Assembly: GCA_963816355.1 (NCBI GenBank)
Contig: CAWFKH010000006.1
Span: 224,001 to 288,000, forward strand
Direction of reading: 5' to 3'
DNA length: 64,000 bases
Origin: an uncultured Gemmatimonadales bacterium
GTDB lineage: Bacteria; Gemmatimonadota; Gemmatimonadetes; Longimicrobiales; RSA9
Part shown: piece by piece, positions 57,431 through 64,000 of the stretch
Position numbering within the stretch: position 1 is the stretch's first letter
Layout of the letters: each line of letters begins with the position of its first letter
The notes under the pieces: generated by a model
What the model saw: only the letters and a program-made list of their open reading frames with translations
What the model was told of the DNA's origin: nothing
Databases searched by the model: none
Made by a program: the position numbers and the translations under genes

Positions 57431-57486
57431 GTCCACCGGTGTCCGGAGCCGTGCCGGCGCCGCGACCTCCGCGCGAGCCGGAGACG

Positions 57487-59394
57487 ATGGCATCGCCGGG
57501 GCTCGAGCCGAACGCCGGCGAGCCCACAGGCCGCAGGCTCTTCCTGCTGTCGCTGGCCGCGCTCGGCGTCGTCTACGGCGACATCGGCACCAGCCCGCTC
57601 TATGCCATCCGCGAGAGCTTCCACGAGAGCTACGGCCTCGCCGTCGCGCCCGCCAACATCCTGGGCGTGCTCTCGCTCATATTCTGGGCCCTCGTCCTGG
57701 TCATCTCGGTCAAGTACCTGGTCTTCGTCCTGCGCGCCGACAATCGCGGGGAGGGCGGGATCCTCGCTCTGACTTCGCTGGTCACGCCCGTGCAGGCCGG
57801 CCGGCGCGGCGGCCAATGGCTGCTCATCCTGATGGGCCTCTTCGGCGCCGCGCTCCTCTATGGCGACGGCATGATCACGCCGGCCATCAGCGTGCTCTCC
57901 GCCGTGGAGGGCCTCCAGGTGGCGACGCCGGTCTTCCGGCCCTATGTCGTGCCCCTCACCGTGGGCATCCTCATCGCGCTCTTCCTGCTCCAGCGCCGGG
58001 GCACGGGGGGAGTCGGGCGCATCTTCGGTCCCGTGACCCTGGTCTGGTTCTTCACCCTCGCCGCGCTGGGCGTCTACCAGATCGCCCGGGAGCCCGGCGT
58101 CCTCGCCGCCGTGAGCCCGCTGCACGCCGCGGGCTTCTTCGCCGCCAACCGCGGCAAGGGGTTCCTGGTTCTGGGCAGCGTCTTCCTTGTGGTCACGGGC
58201 GGCGAGGCGCTGTACGCGGACATGGGCCATTTCGGGCGGCGTCCCATCCGCCTCACCTGGTTCGCGCTCGTGCTGCCCGCGCTGCTGCTCAACTACTTCG
58301 GCCAGGGCGCGCTGCTGATCCGCGACCCCGCCGCCATCGAGAATCCGTTCTACCGCATGGGCCCCGACTGGGCGCTCTACCCCATGGTCGCCATCGCGAC
58401 CGCCGCCACCGTGATCGCGTCGCAGGCCGTGATCTCCGGCTCCTTCTCGCTCGCCATGCAGTCCGTGCAGTTCGGCTACAGCCCGCGCCTGAACATCGAG
58501 CACACCTCGGCCACCGAGATCGGCCAGATCTACATCCCGGCCGTGAACTGGGCGCTCATGGTGGCGTGCATCGGACTGGTGATCGGCTTCGGCAGCTCGA
58601 GCAACCTGGCGGCCGCCTACGGGGTCGCCGTCACCACGACCATGGTCATCACGACGGTGCTCTTCTACGTGCTGGCTCGCGAGAAATGGGGCTGGTCCGC
58701 GCCCCTCGCGGCCGCCGTCGCTGGTGCCTTCGCCGTCATCGACCTCTCCTTCTGGGGCTCCAACCTGGTGAAGATCCCCGATGGCGGCTGGTTCCCGCTC
58801 CTCATCGCCGGCCTCGTCTTCACGCTCATGACGACGTGGAAGACCGGCCGACAGATCCTCGCCGCCCGCGTCAAGGCGGGCGAGCTGCCGGTGCAGCACT
58901 TCATCGAGTCCATCGCGCCGCGTCCGCCGCAGCGCGTCCCCGGCACCGCCGTGTTCATGTCCGGCGACCCGGAAGGCACGCCCCCGGCGCTGCTGCACAA
59001 CCTGAAGCACAACAAGGTGCTGCACGAGCAGGTGGTCTTTCTGGCGGTGCTCACGGAGGAAGTGCCCCACGTGGCGCGCGTCGACCGTGCGGAAGTGCGC
59101 GTCCACGACCACGGCTTCTTCAGCCTCGTGCTGCGTTACGGCTTCATGGAGGATGTCGACGTGCCGCGAGCGCTCGCGGCGCTCGACGGCCGGAACGCCC
59201 TCGAGCTCGAGCCGATGCAGACCACCTACTTCCTCGGGCGCGAAACGCTCATCGCGCGGCGCCGGGTGCAGGGCATGGCGCTCTGGCGCGAGAAGCTGTT
59301 CGCGTTCATGAGCCGGAATGCGCGAAGCGCGACGTCGTTCTTCCGGCTGCCGCCGAACCGCGTGGTGGAGCTGGGCGCGCAGGTGGAGCTGTAG
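57487..59394 (+). CDS. kup: Kup (KUP/HAK/KT) potassium transporter
   Basis: GVVYGDIGTSPLY, DNRGEGG, GDGMITPAISVLSAVEG, TGGEALYADMGHFG and YGFME; alternative start at 57439. Confidence 0.97.
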   Translation: MASPGLEPNAGEPTGRRLFLLSLAALGVVYGDIGTSPLYAIRESFHESYGLAVAPANILGVLSLIFWALVLVISVKYLVFVLRADNRGEGGILALTSLVTPVQAGRRGGQWLLILMGLFGAALLYGDGMITPAISVLSAVEGLQVATPVFRPYVVPLTVGILIALFLLQRRGTGGVGRIFGPVTLVWFFTLAALGVYQIAREPGVLAAVSPLHAAGFFAANRGKGFLVLGSVFLVVTGGEALYADMGHFGRRPIRLTWFALVLPALLLNYFGQGALLIRDPAAIENPFYRMGPDWALYPMVAIATAATVIASQAVISGSFSLAMQSVQFGYSPRLNIEHTSATEIGQIYIPAVNWALMVACIGLVIGFGSSSNLAAAYGVAVTTTMVITTVLFYVLAREKWGWSAPLAAAVAGAFAVIDLSFWGSNLVKIPDGGWFPLLIAGLVFTLMTTWKTGRQILAARVKAGELPVQHFIESIAPRPPQRVPGTAVFMSGDPEGTPPALLHNLKHNKVLHEQVVFLAVLTEEVPHVARVDRAEVRVHDHGFFSLVLRYGFMEDVDVPRALAALDGRNALELEPMQTTYFLGRETLIARRRVQGMALWREKLFAFMSRNARSATSFFRLPPNRVVELGAQVEL

Positions 59395-59634
59395 CGGCGG
59401 CGTGCGATTCGGCGCCCCGGTCGTCACTTATGGTGATCCGTTTCAAGCTCAAACAGCGGGAAAAGGTGCCTCGGTTTGGTCTGACGCTGCGCCAATGCAG
59501 CGAGCCGTTCGGCGCCTGCTCCCGCAACCTTCATCAGCACGTCACCCGAGCGCCACCTCGTGCGCCTCGATCCATTCCTTCCGCTCCTGGCAGTCCGGCA
59601 ACACTCGCGTCACAGGCGACCAGAACCCCGGGGA

Positions 59635-59868
59635 GTGAACCCGGTGCTCGAGGTGACAAAGCTCGTGGACGAACACGTACTCGTAGACCGCCTTCGGAAC
59701 GCGCGCGAGTTTCCGGTCCAGCCGGATCGCTTGGCCGCCGATGCTCCTGACCGAGCCGTGACGGCCGGCGAGTTCAACGCCGTGCTCCTAGACATCGATG
59801 CGATTTTCGCGCTCTTCGAGATTAACATCGCCGATTTGCACGCCCGCGTCACCGCCCTCGAAACCTGA
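59635..59868 (+). CDS. Small hypothetical protein with a C-terminal coiled coil
   Basis: GTG after GGGGA; protein-like composition (IADLHARVTALET). Confidence 0.4.
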   Translation: MNPVLEVTKLVDEHVLVDRLRNAREFPVQPDRLAADAPDRAVTAGEFNAVLLDIDAIFALFEINIADLHARVTALET

Positions 59869-60357
59869 ACGGGCTCACGCCCGCGGCCATCATCCAACTT
59901 CCCGAAAATCTGGCCGGAAGGTTCGATCTCGGCCGCCTTCTCGCGGACTTCGCCACGTTCAGCTACCGGAAAGATTTCCTTGAGCTGAGGCTTCGCCCCG
60001 CCCGTGCTCGCCGCCTGTCGCGCGCGCCTCCTCTTCCAGCTCGTCCAGCAGGTCGGCTGCGGGTGGGCTACTTCAGCCGGCGAAGTTCCGCTGGACCCTA
60101 GGAATCTTCCCGGTCGAGGAGGCCAAGGACCCGGAGGAAGTGGGCGCGAAGCAATGTAACGGCGGCGGGCGAAAGTTGCCGGCTGAGGATCAGGCCTTTC
60201 CGGGGATGGAACTGGATCCTGTCGCCGACCTCGGCGACAACTTCAGGAATCGGGAAGTCAAGCTTGAAGGCGTGGGGGTTGTCTGAGGGCAGGCACAGGC
60301 GTAAGAGTGGGGCGGCGACGGCGCTGTGGCTCCGCATTCATGGGCATTGGAGGATTC

Positions 60358-60738
60358 ATGCGCAAATTCATTCTCTTGATGACGCTCGGATTGACGGGCT
60401 GCGCATCCATGTCGAGCTCGGCGATTCGGGCTGACCTGAATCGCAAACTCGCCGCTGGCCGCGTCGACTACGTCGCGCAGCACCGGTCCGAACTGTCCGA
60501 CACCGTTGCTCAGGCAATCGTTGATGGCAGAGTCCTGGTGGGCATGACCCTGGAGCAGGCGCTGACAGCATGGGCGGAACTAGGGCCGCCAGAGGCGGTG
60601 AACCGTACCACGACCGCTGGCGGTGTTCTCGATCAATACGCCTTCCGGCGGATGCGTTCGATGTACAATTACGAGTACGCCTACTTCTATGTCCAGAACG
60701 GTCGTGTGACTGTGGTCCAGGCGGAACCGGGACGATGA
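60358..60738 (+). CDS. Small lipoprotein (SmpA/BamE-like GMT...LGPP pattern)
   Basis: RBS GGAGG; MRKFILLMTLGLTGC lipobox; VGMTLEQ...LGPP...YFYVQNGRV. Confidence 0.75.
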   Translation: MRKFILLMTLGLTGCASMSSSAIRADLNRKLAAGRVDYVAQHRSELSDTVAQAIVDGRVLVGMTLEQALTAWAELGPPEAVNRTTTAGGVLDQYAFRRMRSMYNYEYAYFYVQNGRVTVVQAEPGR

Positions 60739-60893
60739 CGGGGGTCATGCCGCTGCGGCGCTAGGCGCTCTCCCGTACCTCGAGGTAGCCGACCACCGCC
60801 GCGCGATGTGCCGGCACTCGCGCACGTGCTGGATGAGCGGGCGAGGGCGCTCTCGCGCCCGGCGGCGAAGCGTCGCGACGTCGAGGACGCATG

Positions 60894-60940
60894 AAAAAGA
60901 GCAGCCGCCTGCGCACTGATTGTGCACTCGACGGCTGCTC
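60894..60940 (-). terminator. Intrinsic terminator downstream of the tRNA-Pro fragment
   Basis: Minus strand GAGCAGCCG...CGGCTGCTC-TTTTT. Confidence 0.8.
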
Positions 60941-60957
60941 GATTTTCGGAAACCCAG

Positions 60958-60999
60958 TCGGGACGGCGGGATTTGAACCCGCGACCCCCTGAACCCCAT
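60958..60999 (-). mobile_element. att site: 3' half of tRNA-Pro(GGG), from anticodon loop to acceptor end
   Basis: Minus strand ATGGGGT-TCAGG-GGGTC-GCGGG-TTCAAAT-CCCGC-CGTCCCG-A; the 5' half (D arm, 5' acceptor strand) is absent. Confidence 0.85.
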
Positions 61000-61312
61000 A
61001 CATCTGAGCCGGAGGGCGTCACCATCTAAGTTCGCACAAGAACGCCCTATGGCGCACCTGTCGTTGGCTGACTTCGCACAGATTCCTTGACGATTTTGAC
61101 GGGAACCTTAGCGAAATCCTTAGTGAAGCGGCGACGTCTGGAATGACAGCGGCCAAGTGTCGCCCTCCACTATTATCATGCCCTACTCACACACGCAAGG
61201 CGCGATCGCCGATGCTCCTTGAGGCGCAGGTTGGCCCATAGACCACAGCCATCAATGCGGAGCCGATGAATGAAGCCGAGCGAAAGGTGGGCCCCCATCC
61301 GCCGCGCCCCGC

Positions 61313-61996
61313 CTACCTACGCTCGCCCAGGACGGTGATGACACGAGAACGAAGATCGGAACTCCCCGCGGTCAGGAGGTCGGCGATGAGCTCGTCCTCC
61401 AGGCCGGCGATTGGCACGGGTGCGCTGCCCAGCACGGATTCGTGGGGTTGACCAAGGCAGGCCGCCGCGAGTTTGGGGTCCGTTGCGTCAAGCCGAAGCA
61501 AGAGCTCGACGAGTCGCGCGTCCGGCCCCCTGGTCATTACTCCCAAGGCCATGAGATACGGCACGTCGAGGACGAGGCTTACGTAGTTCCGGCCCTTATA
61601 GTCGATCAGCACGCGAATCCCATCCCAGTCCGCGACGACGCGAACCACTTCGGCGGGAGCGCCGGCTCCGGTCGGATCAGCGTCCGCGTGAGCCAGCTTT
61701 ACCTGCCGATCCACGACAGCAGAGTGCCACATCTCGCTGTGTAGTGACGGAAGCGCGTGCAGGCCGAGCACGCGGACCGTGACCCTCGCGCCGGTGAGTA
61801 CTTCCCCCACACCACTCCGTTCTGCAGCGGCGCAGGCTTGAAGAGTCCAATCGACTGTGCGGGCATCCATCTGCACCGATCCGATTACGGCTTCTCCTGG
61901 GGAGTCGGACGGGAAAAACGGTGTCACGGCGGTAGGACCAGTCCTCACTCTTGAGCCTCCCAATCGATCTGATGATGAAGGCACGAGCACATGCAC
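61313..61996 (-). CDS. Hypothetical protein (start may be the ATG at 61870)
   Basis: Long open frame with globular composition in a lower-GC region; no motif recognised. Confidence 0.5.
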   Translation of the reverse strand: MHVLVPSSSDRLGGSRVRTGPTAVTPFFPSDSPGEAVIGSVQMDARTVDWTLQACAAAERSGVGEVLTGARVTVRVLGLHALPSLHSEMWHSAVVDRQVKLAHADADPTGAGAPAEVVRVVADWDGIRVLIDYKGRNYVSLVLDVPYLMALGVMTRGPDARLVELLLRLDATDPKLAAACLGQPHESVLGSAPVPIAGLEDELIADLLTAGSSDLRSRVITVLGERR

Positions 61997-62194
61997 AGCG
62001 CTGCAACGTGAGGCCGATCACGTTCCAGCGACAGGCTATAGACGGGATCAAACGCATTTCCGGCCTCGTGCGTATCGAGTAGGGACGGCGCGCTGGGACG
62101 CGGCCCCCTGCTCACCAGCCAGCAAGGTCGGGTAGGGTGGAGATGTCCCCGGCGGGGCAGACAGTCCCGCCAGGTCACCTCCTCCCACGTGCGA

Positions 62195-63199
62195 ATGAGA
62201 CTATTGACCGAGCCGGCGAAGATCGCGATCGACTTGATCGACATCCCTGCCACGCGCGCGCTCTGGCGTCCGGAGTCCCGCAATGCTGCGGAATCAATGG
62301 TGCCCCTCCTTCAGCAGATCAGGGCGCTGGGGTGGGTCGACGCCGTCATCGTGCGACCCGCGAAGGCCGGCCGCTACGAACTTGTGGACGGCGAGCGTCG
62401 GCTCAAGGCGGAGCGCCATGAGGGGCAGATCCTGATCGACGCCGTAATCGTACACGCCGAGGACGGGGCGGCCGCAGCCATCACCCTGCTCGCCAATCTT
62501 CCACCGGCTGAGCTGCCGGCCATCCACGCGGCGAGACTCGTCGAATGGGTGCGCGAATTCGACCGCGATAACGGCGGCACCGGCACCAACGCCGAGGTTG
62601 GAAGGTATCTCGGCTGCAACGGCTCCACCGTTTCGCGATCGCGAAGGATTGAAGAAGGTCTTCCTAACCAGCTGCTCGTACAGAACGGCCTCTCGGAAGG
62701 TGATCTGGAGGAGGTGCCAGGAACTACCCTTCATCGGCTTGCCAGCCTCAGGCCGGCCGCCAAGACGGATTTGCTGCGGCAGATCAGACAGGTAAAGGAG
62801 GATGGAGGCGACTCGGCGGCATGCGCGTTACATCTGACAACAGCCATGCCTTCGAAGTTGCGCCAGGGCCGGCCTGCCAAGCCGTTCACGGTCACCGACC
62901 GATCCGACGGCCGCTTCTCGTTCTCAATCGCGAAACGGCCCTTGGACGCCGAGCACGCGCGGGAGCTGCTCGATCGCATGAAGCCTTTACTGCTGGAGAC
63001 CGCGCGAGTAGCCGGGGTGGCGTCGCTGGACTCCTTCACCGGCCTCGCAGGGCTGCCCGAGCGGCCTTCGCGTTCGCAGCGCACATATCAGCGGATGTTA
63101 TTGCTGACAAACAGGATGCGTCTAGCTGGTGCCGCGAAATGGCTGGCGCTCATTGCCGCGCTACGAGTGCTCATGAGCGGCGTGCCCCGACGGCGCTGA
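62195..63199 (+). CDS. ParB/Spo0J-like protein (ParB-N CTPase fold plus HTH)
   Basis: IRALGWVDAVIVRP...YELVDGERRLKA; HTH-like TNAEVGRYLGCNGSTVSR. Confidence 0.82.
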   Translation: MRLLTEPAKIAIDLIDIPATRALWRPESRNAAESMVPLLQQIRALGWVDAVIVRPAKAGRYELVDGERRLKAERHEGQILIDAVIVHAEDGAAAAITLLANLPPAELPAIHAARLVEWVREFDRDNGGTGTNAEVGRYLGCNGSTVSRSRRIEEGLPNQLLVQNGLSEGDLEEVPGTTLHRLASLRPAAKTDLLRQIRQVKEDGGDSAACALHLTTAMPSKLRQGRPAKPFTVTDRSDGRFSFSIAKRPLDAEHARELLDRMKPLLLETARVAGVASLDSFTGLAGLPERPSRSQRTYQRMLLLTNRMRLAGAAKWLALIAALRVLMSGVPRRR

Positions 63200-63403
63200 C
63201 AGAGCCGTCACGACGGCTGGTACAGTCTGCGTGGTCCGACATTGGACAAAGCGGCGGCACTATCGCCGCGTACCTTGTCATGAGCTCCACGCCGCTGTGC
63301 ACCATCTGCGCGCGCCGTGTGAACAATTTCACCGCCCTCTAGCAGTGTCTGCCTCGCTATCGGAGCGGATCGGCTCCATCAGTGTCCATGCAGCGCTTGC
63401 GGG

Positions 63404-64000
63404 CTAGAGATACTCACCCACGCCATCGCGGATGTAACGCTCGACATCCGCAGCCTCCCGCTTTCCACGCACACTGCTGCAGTAGTAGCAGCCGGCTAAC
63501 GGATCGGCGCGCCTGGTGATGATTCCCGACCATCCGCGATACATCAGCATTGGGACCGGCTCACGCAGTCCCGTCACACCCGCCATGAACTCCGTTACGG
63601 CGAGCGAGGCAACGACACCATTGACGGAAACGACGGATGGCCCGCCACCGTCGAGATGCGTCTCATCGACTCCGTAAATGGCCCGACGCCGTGCCTCGCC
63701 CTCCGGACCAGCGAGTTGTCTACCGGCCTCGTCGACATCCAGTTCATCCAGGCAAATGAGACAGCTGTTACCGTTCCAGCTTGTGCATACACGCCCGCCC
63801 CACTCCGGCGGTGAGCCCGGGATCACATCGGAGGCCACATCAATGTAGTTCCGGCTGTAGGCAGAGCACAGCTCCGTGAGGATCAGGCGGGGCGCCTCCT
63901 TGTCGAAGCAGCCAAACACCACATCCGCCGCCTTCACTGCGTCGTACCCGGCATCGCTCACCAAGGTATCCGATACAAGCTGCAACCGCGCTGCGGGCTG
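63404..64000 (-). CDS. ThiF/MoeB/E1-like adenylyltransferase, C-terminal part (5' end outside the window)
   Basis: ADVVFGCFD...RLILTELC...YIDVASD, GGRV, CLIC, GPSVVSVNGVVASLAVTE and CYYC. Confidence 0.85.
   Translation of the reverse strand, partial: QPAARLQLVSDTLVSDAGYDAVKAADVVFGCFDKEAPRLILTELCSAYSRNYIDVASDVIPGSPPEWGGRVCTSWNGNSCLICLDELDVDEAGRQLAGPEGEARRRAIYGVDETHLDGGGPSVVSVNGVVASLAVTEFMAGVTGLREPVPMLMYRGWSGIITRRADPLAGCYYCSSVRGKREAADVERYIRDGVGEYL

Larger units (their letters stand above)
61000..64000. mobile_element. End of an integrated element (genomic island) inserted in tRNA-Pro; continues past the window
   Basis: tRNA-fragment boundary, visibly lower GC and relaxed codon usage, ParB-like and E1-like cargo. 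Confidence 0.75.

Noticed and set aside
59415..59445. dif site near TTATGGTGAT
   Set aside because: Only a partial XerD-arm resemblance, with no XerC arm.
116..59750. Many long overlapping ORFs in the track (e.g. 116-1069+, 670-2616-, 10771-12894+, 29158-32604+, 56643-59750+)
   Set aside because: Arg/Ala/Pro-rich shadow frames of high-GC genes with no motifs; each overlaps a well-supported gene.
60958..61035. Intact tRNA-Pro gene
   Set aside because: The sequence 5' of the anticodon loop cannot form the anticodon stem, D arm or acceptor stem; only the 3' half is present, so it is treated as an att site.

Overview
High-GC bacterial chromosome segment. The five MacB-like duplicated 'ADOP' permeases, an acidobacterial-type PadR and many lipoproteins suggest Gemmatimonadota or a similar lineage (inference). 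Positions 1-46.9 kb hold housekeeping and envelope genes: a sugar-binding protein, FtsH, KtrAB/Trk, an amidotransferase-MBL-OSBS/NAAAR operon, peptidases, two cupredoxin lipoproteins, a hybrid kinase with extracellular OB-fold-like domains, a large exported PLD-like protein, GGT and Hsp20. Positions 47-59.4 kb are a potassium locus with unusual features. The full-length KdpD has lost its phospho-accepting His and ATP-binding boxes. A second, N-terminally shortened KdpD-like kinase next to kdpE keeps the H- and N-boxes but has two frameshifts in its tail. Two small membrane peptides (not in the ORF track) precede kdpA. The same four-box operator (11-21-11 spacing, then a -10-like hexamer) sits upstream of both the kdp operon and a divergent TPR-kup operon. 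From 59.4 kb the GC content drops. A 3' tRNA-Pro(GGG) fragment with its terminator marks the att boundary of an integrated element, which carries a solo ParB-like gene and the 3' end of an E1/ThiF-like gene, a possible ubiquitin-like defence operon continuing beyond the window. All calls come from motif reading by eye; no searches were run.
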